From an uncultured Actinomycetota bacterium (GTDB lineage Bacteria > Actinomycetota > Acidimicrobiia > Acidimicrobiales > Microtrichaceae): DNA of 64,000 nt. The DNA is taken from positions 136,502-200,501 of the forward strand of contig CAVQRK010000004.1 in NCBI GenBank assembly GCA_963715225.1. Direction: 5' to 3'. The translations under genes and the position numbers were made by a program. Below the pieces are notes generated by a model. The model was not told where the DNA came from. It searched no databases and was given only the letters and a program-made list of their open reading frames with translations. Below are positions 43,426 through 55,890 of this stretch, piece after piece; the stretch's first letter is position 1, and the number at the start of each line of letters is the position of its first letter.

Positions 43426-45840
43426 ATGAGCAACGGGCGACTGTTCGTCTTGATCGGAGCCACACCGGAGAGCCTTGCTACGGCGATGCTGAGCCGGGGC
43501 CGCAAGCATGCTCGCAGCGGCGACGACGTGGTGGTCGCTGTCCCGGCCGGTTCCGAGGGCTTGCCCGGACCCGAGTCGTCCCTTCCCATGCTTCAGGACG
43601 CAACTCCGGGTCGTGTGGACCTGGCGGCCCTGCTGCGACGCCGACCCGACGTGGCCCTTGTTGCTGACCCCGCTTCGTTCGATTCGTTCGATTTGGGCGG
43701 GTCCACGCCCGAACGGGTGCTCACGGTGGTGCTGGAGGCGGGCATCGACGTGGTGATCACTGTTGCGGTGAACCAGATCGAGTCCCTCCTCGACGTAGCT
43801 GCCACCATCAGTGGGCAGCAGCCCGGAGGCGTGCTGCCCGATCGATTCCTGCGCTCGGCAACTGAAATCGAGGTCGTCGACAGCCCCGGTGATGGGGATC
43901 CGAGTTCCTCCGGCCTTCGGGAACTTGCTCTGAGGTGGGTGGCCGACGCTCTAGCCTTGGACAGCGACGCGATCGAGGGTGACATACGCGAGCGTGTAAT
44001 GGTCGCTTTCACGGCCGCACCCGGAGGCGATGAGTTGATCCGTCGTGCAGCCCGGATCGCCCAGAGGAGTCGCGCTCGTTTGATCGGCGCTCACGTTGAA
44101 CCGTCGGTCGATGCACGAATCAACACTGCGGAGCTCTCACTTCGACGCCGCCTCATCGAGGACGTAGGTGGTGTGTGCCGAGAGGTACACGGTGCGGATG
44201 TCGCAGAGGCGCTGGTCGAGGCCGCTCGTTCGGAGGGCGTAACGCAATTGGTACTGGGGGGCAGTCGTAGGGGTCGTGGGGAGCGCCTCCGCCACGGATC
44301 GGTGGTCAGTCGAGTCCTCCGTCTGGCTCCGGAGCTCGACATGCACATCATCTCTACCCAGGAGGAGCCCGGCTCGGTGGCTCGGGACAACCGGCAGGCG
44401 GGGTTGCACCCGACGCCGTTGTCCCCGCAGCGGCGGAGGTCTGCCTGGATGCTGTTGGTGCTCGGGTTTCCGATCCTCAACGGCCTTCTCGTCCTGGCGG
44501 GTTCGCACACCGATCTGCCCGTGGACCTGCTCGCCAACCTGTTGCTGTCTGTCGCCGTCGCCGCTCTCGGGGGGCTGCTTCCCGCTCTGGTCGCGTCCGT
44601 CGCTGCCTTCCTCTTGGTCAATCTCTTGTTCGTCGATCCGACCGGCACACTGAAGGTGGCCGATCCGGGTCAGTTCGTCGCGCTCGGCACCTTTCTCGCA
44701 GTGTCACTGGGGGTCGCGGCGCTCGTCGACCGCCTGGCTCGACGGAACGCGGAGCTCGAGCAGGCGGTCACCAGGTCCACGGCACTCGCTCGGTCGAGTG
44801 CGGAGCTGGTGGGTGGTGCAAGTCCCTTGCCTGGACTGGTCGAACGACTCCGGGCGACGTTCGGATACGAAGCGGCTTCGCTCCTGGTTCGCGGCCCGGG
44901 CGGCTGGGTCGTGGAGACATCTTCAGGCCCGGGCCCGGCGCCGGTGCGTCCAGGTGGGGGGTGGCCATTGACGCTGTCGGTCGACGACTCATCGGTCTTG
45001 GTGGTTCGGGGCGGAGAACCCTCCGGGGCCGATCGGGCGGTCCTGCGTGCTTTCACTGACCAGCTGGTGCTCGCGATGGAACGGGCCCGGTTGGAGGATG
45101 TGGCTGCGCAGGCCAGCGTGCTTGCCGAAGCCGATGCCCTGCGGAGGGGACTGTTGCTGGCTGTCTCTCACGACCTGCGCACGCCGCTGGCCGGGATGAA
45201 GGCCGCGGTGACAAGCCTGCTTGCACCCGACGTTGTCTTCTCCGAAGTGGAGACCCGCGAGTTCCTGCAGCTCATCGACGCTGAGGTCGATCGTCTCGAT
45301 CGGGTCATCGGCAACCTGCTCGATGCCGGTCGCCTCGAATCGGGCACGCTGCCGGTCGACTTACGTCCCACCCACCTCGATGAGGTGGTGGCTGCGGCGT
45401 TGCACAGCATCGACGTGCCGTCGGGGCAGATAGCGTTGGGTGTACCGGAGTCGCTCCCCCCGGTCGTCTCCGACGCCGCCCTCCTCGAGCGTGGTGTCGC
45501 CAACGTGGTTGCGAACGCGCTCGTTGTCGAGCCCGCCGGTGCCTGCGTCCGGGTGGAGGCAGCCGTCGTTGACCGCGAAGTCCAGCTGCGGGTGATCGAC
45601 CACGGACCCGGCGTCCTGGCCGACGAACGATCCTTGGTGGTGCAGTCGTTCCAACGTCTGGGCGATCGGTCGTCACAGGCCGGCGTCGGACTCGGGCTGG
45701 CCATCGCGGACGGCTTCACTACCGCGATCGGAGGTCGGCTCGAACTCGCGGACACCGCCGGTGGAGGACTCACCGTGGTGTTCCACCTCCCCCTGCCGCC
45801 GTCGGGGAAATCACCCGCTTTGCTCGAGAGCGAAGCATGA
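43426..45840 (+). CDS. kdpD: KdpD-like sensor histidine kinase (degenerate N-terminal KdpD domain + Usp + 4 TM + HisKA/HATPase)
   Basis: LEAGIDVVITVAVNQIESL (KdpD-N), Usp-like VMVAFTAAPGGDELIRRAARIA, TM cluster at about 44440-44720, H-box SHDLRTPLAGMKAAV, G-boxes DHGPGV / GVGLGLAI. ATG at 43426 chosen; the ORF track opens inside kimA. Confidence 0.8.
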   Translation: MSNGRLFVLIGATPESLATAMLSRGRKHARSGDDVVVAVPAGSEGLPGPESSLPMLQDATPGRVDLAALLRRRPDVALVADPASFDSFDLGGSTPERVLTVVLEAGIDVVITVAVNQIESLLDVAATISGQQPGGVLPDRFLRSATEIEVVDSPGDGDPSSSGLRELALRWVADALALDSDAIEGDIRERVMVAFTAAPGGDELIRRAARIAQRSRARLIGAHVEPSVDARINTAELSLRRRLIEDVGGVCREVHGADVAEALVEAARSEGVTQLVLGGSRRGRGERLRHGSVVSRVLRLAPELDMHIISTQEEPGSVARDNRQAGLHPTPLSPQRRRSAWMLLVLGFPILNGLLVLAGSHTDLPVDLLANLLLSVAVAALGGLLPALVASVAAFLLVNLLFVDPTGTLKVADPGQFVALGTFLAVSLGVAALVDRLARRNAELEQAVTRSTALARSSAELVGGASPLPGLVERLRATFGYEAASLLVRGPGGWVVETSSGPGPAPVRPGGGWPLTLSVDDSSVLVVRGGEPSGADRAVLRAFTDQLVLAMERARLEDVAAQASVLAEADALRRGLLLAVSHDLRTPLAGMKAAVTSLLAPDVVFSEVETREFLQLIDAEVDRLDRVIGNLLDAGRLESGTLPVDLRPTHLDEVVAAALHSIDVPSGQIALGVPESLPPVVSDAALLERGVANVVANALVVEPAGACVRVEAAVVDREVQLRVIDHGPGVLADERSLVVQSFQRLGDRSSQAGVGLGLAIADGFTTAIGGRLELADTAGGGLTVVFHLPLPPSGKSPALLESEA

Positions 45841-46526
45841 CACGCATCCTGGTGGTCGACGACGAACCGCGGATCCGACAGGCATTGGAGTTGAACCTCC
45901 GCAGTCGGGGGTTCGAGGTGTCAACGGCTGCCACCGGTCCGGATGCTGTCGCCGCGGTGGGGTCGGATGTGCCCGATGCGGTCCTGCTGGACCTCGGGCT
46001 TCCCGGCCTCGACGGCATCGGCGTGATACGAGCGGTGCGTGGCTGGTCGGACGTACCGATTGTCGTGCTCTCGGTGCGTGGGGAGGAGCGCGACAAGGTA
46101 GCTGCGCTGGATGCCGGTGCCGACGACTACGTGACGAAACCATTCGGCCAGGCCGAACTTCTCGCGCGTCTCCGAGCGGCGCTGCGGCGTGGGCCGGAGG
46201 AGAAGCAGGACACGTTGGTGGCCACGGCTGATTTCGAGCTCGATCTACCCGCGCGACGAGCGATGCGGGTGGCCGCTCGGGGTAGAGAGATGGTTCACCT
46301 CACACCCACCGAGTGGGGCCTGGCGGAGTACCTGGTCATGCGACCCGGGCGTCTGGTTCCGCGTGCGGAGCTGCTGAAGGCCGTGTGGGGGCCTGGGTAT
46401 GGGAGCGAGGCGAACTACCTCAGGGTTCACATGGGGAATCTGCGAAGCAAGCTCGAACCGGACCCGGGTCGGCCCATCTACTTCATCACCGAGCCGGCTC
46501 TGGGTTACCGCTTCGAGGGGTCGTGA
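45837..46526 (+). CDS. kdpE: OmpR-family response regulator KdpE
   Basis: ILVVDDEPRIRQAL, LDLGLPGLDG, GADDYVTKPF, winged-helix LTPTEWGLAEYL...YLRVHMGNLRSKLE. ATGA overlap with kdpD. Confidence 0.85.
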   Translation: MTRILVVDDEPRIRQALELNLRSRGFEVSTAATGPDAVAAVGSDVPDAVLLDLGLPGLDGIGVIRAVRGWSDVPIVVLSVRGEERDKVAALDAGADDYVTKPFGQAELLARLRAALRRGPEEKQDTLVATADFELDLPARRAMRVAARGREMVHLTPTEWGLAEYLVMRPGRLVPRAELLKAVWGPGYGSEANYLRVHMGNLRSKLEPDPGRPIYFITEPALGYRFEGS

Positions 46527-46528
46527 GG

Positions 46529-48292
46529 TCACATCGTCTCGGCGAAACTGACCGCGCCCTCGCCGCGCAGCACGTTCTTGAGCAGCTTGCCCGACGCGTT
46601 GCGGGGGAGCTTGCCATCCCACCGGTCGACATAGGCGGGCACCTTGAACTCGGCGAGCGCGTCTCGGACCCACTGGCGTATGTCGTCATCGGACAGGTCT
46701 GAGCTGTCTATGAGTTCGATCACGGCCCGGACCTCCTCACCCAGTTCGGGATGAGCCACCCCCACGACCGCTGCATCCGCGATGTCCGGGTGTTCCACGA
46801 GGCGGTTCTCGATCTCCACGCAGTAGACGTTCTCGCCGCCCCGAATGACCATGTCCTTCGCCCTGTCGGTGATGAACAGGTACCCCTCGTCGTCGAGATG
46901 TCCGATGTCGCCGGTGTGCAGCCAGCCGTCACGGATCGTGTCCGCGGTGGCCTCGGGATTGTCCCAGTATCCGGCCATGATGATCGGTCCGCGGATCAGG
47001 ACCTCTCCGGTGGTTCCGGCCCCCACGTGGTTGCCCATGGCATCTCCGATGGCGAGCTCGACCACCGGCATGGGCAGGCCGACCGAATCCACCTTGTCGA
47101 CCTCGGCGCCGGCGCTGAGGGCGGTGGCCACCGATGACGACTCTGTGAGGCCGTAGGCATTCGTGGTGGCCTTCACGTTGGGGAAGGTCTCCCGGATCCT
47201 GCGTTGGAGTTCATCGGCCGAAGGGGAGCCTCCAAAGGCGACCGAAACGATGCTCGACAGGTCGTGGTCCTTGCGCGCGGGGTGTTCGGTCGCTCGCCAG
47301 ATCATGGTCGGAACCGTTGCCCAGGTGTTCACCCTCTCGTTCTCGATGAGTGCAAAGACCTTCTCGGGGTCGAATCGACCCTCGGGTATCACGAGCTTCA
47401 TCCCTCCCATGAAGCCCACCACCAGGGTGGAGTGGCAGCCGGACACGTGGAACAGCGGCGACGTGAGAAGGGCCACCGGCTGGCCGCCACCCGAGTCGTC
47501 AGGCCGGGAGACCTCTGGTGCCGGGCTGGCCGTCATGGCGGCATGGGTGAGGCTGAACACTGTGTTCTGCAGGTTGGCGATCATGTTGCCGTGGGTGCTG
47601 ATCGCACCTTTGGGGCGACCCGTGGTGCCCGAGGTGTAGAAGATCACGGCCGGATCGGACTCGTCGATGTCGACCGTCGGGAAGTCGGGGTCGCCCTGGG
47701 CTCCCTCGCTCACGGCGTCCTCGAAGCGGACCAGGTCGGGGCCGCCGGCGCCCGTCGCTGAGCGGGCGTTGTCGAACTCCGCGGGGTCGGCGTCGACCAG
47801 CACGACCGACTGGAGAGCCGGAATCTCCTCGAGGTCGCCGGTGACACGCTCGAACCGGCGACCATCGGCCACCAGGACCTTGGCGCCGCTGTGGTTGAGG
47901 CCGTAGAGGATCTCATCGGTGTTCCACCAGCCGTTCAGTCCAACGAGGACGGCCCCCATATCCACCGCCGCCCAGAAGGTGGCACACCATGATGGGTTGT
48001 TCTGGCTGAGTACAGCCACGCGGTCGCCCTTGCACACCCCGTGAGCGGCCAGCCAGGCAGACATGGCGTTCACGTCGGCCAGGAACTCGGTGTAGGTCAG
48101 CCGAAGGTCGCCGTATACGACGAACTCCTTCTCGCCATGGGCGGCGCCGAAGACCTCGCTCACGAAACGCAGGTTCGGGAGGCGGTCCTTGTAGACCTTC
48201 ATGGGTCGACCGTCGCGGCTGTCATCGATGACGACCTCGAACGGACCACCCGGTCCGGTCAGGTCATTTCGTACGTCTTGGCTGGTCGGCAT
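46529..48292 (-). CDS. AMP-dependent acyl-CoA synthetase/ligase (FadD-like)
   Basis: AMP-binding motif IFYTSGTTGRPKGA, YGLTE, GWLHTGDIGHLDDEGYLFITDRAKDMVIRGGENV, C-terminal GKLLK. ATG at 48292 chosen; the ORF track opens at 48598. Confidence 0.85.
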   Translation of the reverse strand: MPTSQDVRNDLTGPGGPFEVVIDDSRDGRPMKVYKDRLPNLRFVSEVFGAAHGEKEFVVYGDLRLTYTEFLADVNAMSAWLAAHGVCKGDRVAVLSQNNPSWCATFWAAVDMGAVLVGLNGWWNTDEILYGLNHSGAKVLVADGRRFERVTGDLEEIPALQSVVLVDADPAEFDNARSATGAGGPDLVRFEDAVSEGAQGDPDFPTVDIDESDPAVIFYTSGTTGRPKGAISTHGNMIANLQNTVFSLTHAAMTASPAPEVSRPDDSGGGQPVALLTSPLFHVSGCHSTLVVGFMGGMKLVIPEGRFDPEKVFALIENERVNTWATVPTMIWRATEHPARKDHDLSSIVSVAFGGSPSADELQRRIRETFPNVKATTNAYGLTESSSVATALSAGAEVDKVDSVGLPMPVVELAIGDAMGNHVGAGTTGEVLIRGPIIMAGYWDNPEATADTIRDGWLHTGDIGHLDDEGYLFITDRAKDMVIRGGENVYCVEIENRLVEHPDIADAAVVGVAHPELGEEVRAVIELIDSSDLSDDDIRQWVRDALAEFKVPAYVDRWDGKLPRNASGKLLKNVLRGEGAVSFAETM

Positions 48293-48397
48293 TCGGAGCC
48301 CCTCCCTCGGGCGCCGCTGCGCCGGTCGGGGGAGTATCGCACCCGCAGCGGTGCGGCGCTCTGCAGTCCCGCAGCCAGGTCGTCCTACGATTCGCCG

Positions 48398-48961
48398 ATG
48401 GGTTCTCGTCGCCGCGGATCGCTGCGCCACCGGTTTCATCGGGCACGGTACGCGGCCGCGCTGACCATCGTGGTGGCGGGTTGTGGCAGTGCCCACGACT
48501 CCGAACAAGTGCTTCCCACCAGCAGAGCCCAGACGACCGCGTCCACGATCACCACAGGAACTGCCGTCGACGTTGACGAACTGGGCGACGGAACACACCA
48601 GGTCCGTGTCGACTCGGCGGACCTCGTGGGCGGGTCGGTGACCCTCGACGGCGTTCAGGTGTTCACGGGTATGGACGCCGTCCTCGCCTATCTGGCCGAC
48701 ACCGATGGAGCACAGTTGGAGGGTCCCCAGTTCTACGTGCGAAACGGGACCTCCGATCCACAGGAGTTCCCCGTGGACGCGGCGGGGGAATTCTCGGTGA
48801 TCGCCGCCGAGGCATGCTGTGAAGCGGTGGATGTCGGCTGGTCGGGACTGGCGAGCGCGGTGGCCGGCGACTTCACCGGGATCTGGGGCGGTGATCCTCC
48901 GTTCACCGCGGTGATCGACAACGGCGTGGTGGTCTCACTGGAGCAGATCTACATCCCCTGA
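48398..48961 (+). CDS. hypothetical lipoprotein
   Basis: Basic N-terminus plus lipobox LTIVVAGC. No family recognised. Confidence 0.5.
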   Translation: MGSRRRGSLRHRFHRARYAAALTIVVAGCGSAHDSEQVLPTSRAQTTASTITTGTAVDVDELGDGTHQVRVDSADLVGGSVTLDGVQVFTGMDAVLAYLADTDGAQLEGPQFYVRNGTSDPQEFPVDAAGEFSVIAAEACCEAVDVGWSGLASAVAGDFTGIWGGDPPFTAVIDNGVVVSLEQIYIP

Positions 48962-48970
48962 GAATTGCGG

Positions 48971-51378
<2,408 letters not shown>

Positions 51379-51381
51379 GCA

Positions 51382-53448
51382 GTGGCTGCGCTGGCCAGGC
51401 CGTTCGGGACCTGGCCCTCGCCGCTGTCGGCCCACAAGGCCGCATCCGGTGCCCCCCGGTTCGCCGGTCTGGCTCTGTCGCGTGGGACTGACGGCTCGGT
51501 GATCGTGTGGTGGTCGGCCCTCGTCGGCGGTAGTTACGGCGTATTTCGCTCGACGACCGGAACTGGCGATACCGCGGTGCCCCAGGTCCGCTCAGCCCGC
51601 AGTCGGGTGAACGAGTACGGCGGGGGAGCGTTCTGGGTCCACGGGGAGACGTTGTTCTGGGTCGAGGACGATGATCAGTGCATCCGTCGACTGGCCCCGG
51701 GCGACGAGGAGCCGGTGCTGCTCACCAATCCCGGTCCCAGCGCTCGTAACCGGCGATACGCAGCCGGCGTGGTGGATCCGACCGGACGCTGGATGGTGGT
51801 CGAACGCGAAGTGCACTCGAGCGGGGCGCCCGACGCCGATAGCGAGCCAGCGAACGATCTGGCGTGGTTGCGGACCGATCCGGGGGCGTCCGGTGGCGAG
51901 GCAGCGCCCCTGGTCGGTGGTGCCGACTTCTGTGCCGCTCCCGCGTTGTCGCCCGATGGCCGCCATCTGGCGTGGCTCCGCTGGGACCATCCCGCCATGC
52001 CGTGGGACGCGGCGGAACTGTGGGCGGCGGAGCTTCACTTCGACGAGGCGCTCGGGCTGAGTGTCGGCAACCAACGACGGGTTGCGGGTGGCCCCGTAGG
52101 TGCCGGGTCGACGGGGGGACGACCCGTCGCAGCATGCCTGCCGCGCTGGTCACCCGAGGGTCGGCTTTGGTGGTGTGACGACCGCGAGGATCTGTGGCTG
52201 CTGCGGAGCGCGCCGTCGGTCGGCCTGCCGGAACCAGACAGCGGGGCGAACGCTGCCGCGGTCCATCCGGGTCGTGGCGAGGTCGGCGAGCCCCGGTGGG
52301 TCTCCGGTGGCAGCCGCTACGGATTCGGTGACGGTTTCGTCGATCTGGCCGAGACCGTCGACGGCATGGACCAGGTGGTCGGACTCGAGATCAACGACGC
52401 CGGGGGGTCCACGACGAGCGGGTCGCGGCGTTCGGTTCCCGAGCAACTCGCATCTGTCTCCTGGATCGACTCCCTGGTCGTCGATGGCGACACCACCGCT
52501 GTGGTGGCCGGATTCCCGAGCGAACCGACATCGGTTGTGGTCAGCGGGCCAGAAGCAACGGTGCACCATCACAGCGGAACCTTTCCGCTACCCCTGCCCT
52601 CGATCTCGAGACCCGAGTCGATCTCCTATGTCACCGGGCCGGGTTCCGGCGGGGTCCGCAACGGCGGGAACGTGGCCCACGGTCTGTTCCACGCCCCGCG
52701 CCTTCAGGGCTACGAGGGGCCACCGGGGGACCTGCCACCACTGTTGGTCCGTATCCATGGCGGCCCGACGGCGCATGCCCGGGCCGAGCTGACGCCCTCG
52801 GTCCAGTTCTGGACGAGCCGGGGTTTCGCCGTGGTGGAGGTGAACTACCGGGGGTCGACCGGATTCGGTCGCGCCTACCGCGACCTGCTGCGCGGCGGTT
52901 GGGGCCTGGTCGAGGTGCAGGATTGCATCGCCGCGGCCGAGTACCTCGTGGCCGAGGGACGCGTGGACCCCGCTCGTTGCGTGATCCGCGGCGGCTCCGC
53001 GGGTGGCTTCACGGCGTTGGAGGCGGTCAGCGCTCCTCCCACCGAGGCTGGATTCCGGTTCGCTGCCGCCACCACCTTGTACGGCGTCACCGACCTGGAG
53101 GCGCTCGTGCTGGACACGCACAAGTTCGAGTCGCGCTATCTCGACGGACTGGTGGGTCCGTATCCGCAGGACAGGGACGTTTATCGAGACCGCTCGCCGC
53201 TTTACCATCCCGAGCGAATCTCCGCGCCGGTGCTGGTACTGCAGGGTCTCGACGATCCGATCGTGCCGCCAGGTCAGGCCGAGGTGCTGGTAGAAGCGCT
53301 GGAGGTGGCAGGCGTGGACCACGAGTACCGCGCATATGAAGGCGAGGGGCACGGCTTTCGGATGACGAGCACTCTGGTCGACACTCTGGAGGCAGAGCTG
53401 GCCTTCTACCAGCGGGTGCTCGGGCTGGTCGATACCGCCGGCCACTGA
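51382..53448 (+). CDS. S9 family serine peptidase (prolyl oligopeptidase/acylaminoacyl-peptidase-like)
   Basis: N-terminal beta-propeller region. C-terminal IHGGPTAHA, YRGSTGFG, nucleophile elbow GGSAGG, LQGLDDPIVPP, EGEGHGF. Confidence 0.85.
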   Translation: MAALARPFGTWPSPLSAHKAASGAPRFAGLALSRGTDGSVIVWWSALVGGSYGVFRSTTGTGDTAVPQVRSARSRVNEYGGGAFWVHGETLFWVEDDDQCIRRLAPGDEEPVLLTNPGPSARNRRYAAGVVDPTGRWMVVEREVHSSGAPDADSEPANDLAWLRTDPGASGGEAAPLVGGADFCAAPALSPDGRHLAWLRWDHPAMPWDAAELWAAELHFDEALGLSVGNQRRVAGGPVGAGSTGGRPVAACLPRWSPEGRLWWCDDREDLWLLRSAPSVGLPEPDSGANAAAVHPGRGEVGEPRWVSGGSRYGFGDGFVDLAETVDGMDQVVGLEINDAGGSTTSGSRRSVPEQLASVSWIDSLVVDGDTTAVVAGFPSEPTSVVVSGPEATVHHHSGTFPLPLPSISRPESISYVTGPGSGGVRNGGNVAHGLFHAPRLQGYEGPPGDLPPLLVRIHGGPTAHARAELTPSVQFWTSRGFAVVEVNYRGSTGFGRAYRDLLRGGWGLVEVQDCIAAAEYLVAEGRVDPARCVIRGGSAGGFTALEAVSAPPTEAGFRFAAATTLYGVTDLEALVLDTHKFESRYLDGLVGPYPQDRDVYRDRSPLYHPERISAPVLVLQGLDDPIVPPGQAEVLVEALEVAGVDHEYRAYEGEGHGFRMTSTLVDTLEAELAFYQRVLGLVDTAGH

Positions 53449-53562
53449 GCCGCGACGTGGTGGCCGCGCCGGTGCCCGGGCGGTTTCGGCGCCAGTCGGT
53501 TTCGGCGTTGGTCGGTTTCGGTCGGCTGGCCGCTGGCGTCCGAGTGGGCCACGATGTTGGCC

Positions 53563-55125
53563 ATGCGCGTACTTGTGACCGAGGTGATCGCCGACGGCGG
53601 ACTGCAACGCTTGCGTGATGCCGGCCACGATGTCGACATCCGCACGGGGCTGTCGGCCGAGGAACTGCTTGAAGCAGTACCCGGTGCCCATGCCCTGATC
53701 ATCCGATCCGCGACCCAGGTCACCGCCGATGTGCTGGCTGCCGGGGCCGACCTCATAGTGGTGGGCCGGGCCGGGATCGGTCTGGACAACGTTGACACGC
53801 AAGCCGCTACAGAGCGCGGTGTCATGGTGGTCAATGCACCCCAGTCGAACACGCTGTCGGCCGCCGAGCACACGATGGCGCTGCTGCTGGCCCAGGCCCG
53901 CAACATCGCCCAGGCCCACGCGGCTCTCAAGGAGGGCCGCTGGGAACGGTCCAGGTGGACCGGTGTGGAGCTCTCGGACAAGACCCTGGGAATCATCGGG
54001 CTCGGCCGCATCGGCAAGCTCGTCGCCCAACGGGCCCTTGCCTTCGGGATGCGTCTGGTCGCGTACGACCCCTTCGTGGGCCACGACCGGGCCCGCCAGC
54101 TCAACGTGGAGTTGTTGACCCTCGACGAGGTCATGGCTCGCAGCGACTTCATCACGCTGCACCTGGCCCGGACGCCCGAGACGATCGGTCTCATCGACGC
54201 CGAGCTACTGGCCAAGGCCAAGCCCGGTCTTCGGATCGTGAATGTGGCCAGGGGCGGGATCGTGGACGAGGCCGACCTCGCCGCCGCTGTCGCCGACGGA
54301 ACGATCGCCGGCGCGGCTCTCGACGTGTTCGACACCGAGCCGTGTACCGAGTCGCCGCTGTTCGAGTTGGACGAGGTCGTGGTGACCCCCCACCTCGGTG
54401 CGTCCACGGAGGAGGCCCAGGACAAGGCGGGCGACACCATCGCCGACATGGTCGAGTTGGCTCTCGCCGGTGACTTCGTACCCTTCGCCGTCAACGTCTC
54501 GGCGGCCGAGGCATCGGAGACCGTTCGCCCCTACCTTCCGCTGGCGGAGCAGCTCGGGCGGATCTTCGCCGGTCTGTGTGGTGAGTGCTCCGGCGCTATC
54601 GACATCGAGTACCAGGGGCACATCGCCGAGTACGACACGCGCATCCTCACCCTGTCGGTCCTCAAGGGCTTCTTCGGCGCCATAAGCGACGAGCCGATCA
54701 GCTACGTCAACGCGCCCCAGGTTGCCGAGGAACAGGGCATCGAGGTGCGCCCGACCGCCACCACGACAGCTCGCGACTACGTGAATCTGGTCACAATCCG
54801 CGGTGGTGGTCACGGCATCGCGGGAACTCTCGTGGGACTCAACTCCAAGGCGTCCATCGTGATGATCGACGACCATGCCATCGACGTCCCGCCCGCCGAT
54901 CACCTCCTGGTGGTACGCAACGACGACCGCCCCGGCATGATCGGAGCCGTCGGAGCGGTGCTGGGAAGCGCATCGGTGAACATCGATGACATGGCGGTCG
55001 GGTCGTCGCCAGACGGTGTCCGGGCGTTGATGGTGATCGCCACCGATCGCACGATCGACGAGGCCGTGGCGGGGGAGTTGCGGGCGACCGACGGGATCAC
55101 GTCGGTGGCGGTCGTCGGTAGCTGA
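53563..55125 (+). CDS. serA: D-3-phosphoglycerate dehydrogenase (long form with ASB and ACT domains)
   Basis: VGRAGIGLDNVD, NAD-binding GIIGLGRIGKLVA, HLARTPET, PHLGAST, C-terminal ACT (VRNDDRPGMIGAVGAVLG). Confidence 0.95.
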   Translation: MRVLVTEVIADGGLQRLRDAGHDVDIRTGLSAEELLEAVPGAHALIIRSATQVTADVLAAGADLIVVGRAGIGLDNVDTQAATERGVMVVNAPQSNTLSAAEHTMALLLAQARNIAQAHAALKEGRWERSRWTGVELSDKTLGIIGLGRIGKLVAQRALAFGMRLVAYDPFVGHDRARQLNVELLTLDEVMARSDFITLHLARTPETIGLIDAELLAKAKPGLRIVNVARGGIVDEADLAAAVADGTIAGAALDVFDTEPCTESPLFELDEVVVTPHLGASTEEAQDKAGDTIADMVELALAGDFVPFAVNVSAAEASETVRPYLPLAEQLGRIFAGLCGECSGAIDIEYQGHIAEYDTRILTLSVLKGFFGAISDEPISYVNAPQVAEEQGIEVRPTATTTARDYVNLVTIRGGGHGIAGTLVGLNSKASIVMIDDHAIDVPPADHLLVVRNDDRPGMIGAVGAVLGSASVNIDDMAVGSSPDGVRALMVIATDRTIDEAVAGELRATDGITSVAVVGS

Positions 55126-55239
55126 TGTTCTAGGCTTGACGTAGATCGATCTGCAGGTCCTATGGACGATAAGGCCCGCTGGGCGATCAGGCGACAGGGC
55201 GGACGACGCGGGGGCGAACAGGTGCGGGTATTCCCAAGG

Positions 55240-55860
55240 ATGGGTTCCGGCGGTACTGCCGGAACCAACAGAACTCGGTTGTTGCCAGCGGTCGTGGCAG
55301 TTGCGGTCATGGCCGTCGTCGCCGCTGCTTGTCAGCCTCCACCCAGCCCGACCATTGCGTCGCACGCCCGGAGCTGCACCGTGGGAGTGGTCGGGGACTC
55401 GCTGGCCGTGGGGTCCATGAACTACTGGGCGGAGGCATTCAACTCACGCGGCTGCGCGCTGTCGTTCGTGGACGCACGGGGTGGGCGTCCGACATCCGAG
55501 GGCGTACAGGTGATCGAGGATCTTGCCCAGCGCGGGCAGTTGCCTGATCTTCTGGTGGTGGCTCTGGGCACAAACGACTCGGTCGATCCTCGTACGTTCG
55601 GACCGAGGGTCCAGCGCATCATGGCCCTGGCCGGCAACCGTCCAGTCGTCTGGGTGAACATCGACAAGCCGTGGGTCGAGTACACGCTCAACGCGGCTCT
55701 GGAGCTCGGCAGTCTCTTGTACCCCAATCTCTGGGTCTACGACTGGAACGGCGTCGCCGATCGGTTCCCCAACCTCCGGCTCGCGGACGGCATCCATCTG
55801 ACCGACGGCGGATACCGCCTTCGCGCTGCGCTGATCGCCAACCACATCACCGGGCGCTGA
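55240..55860 (+). CDS. SGNH/GDSL-like hydrolase lipoprotein
   Basis: Signal peptide plus lipobox VVAAAC, block I VGVVGDSLAVG, block III ALGTNDS, block V DGIHLT. Confidence 0.65.
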   Translation: MGSGGTAGTNRTRLLPAVVAVAVMAVVAAACQPPPSPTIASHARSCTVGVVGDSLAVGSMNYWAEAFNSRGCALSFVDARGGRPTSEGVQVIEDLAQRGQLPDLLVVALGTNDSVDPRTFGPRVQRIMALAGNRPVVWVNIDKPWVEYTLNAALELGSLLYPNLWVYDWNGVADRFPNLRLADGIHLTDGGYRLRAALIANHITGR

Positions 55861-55890
55861 TCCGGCGCCCGGTCCGGTCACCAGTTCGGC

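Noticed and set aside
55126-55239. A sigma-70-like promoter (TTGACG at 55134, then CTATGG after an 18-nt spacer) in the relatively AT-rich serA/SGNH gap.
   Set aside because: The putative -10 lacks the invariant final T and the match is weak. It cannot be supported without transcript mapping.
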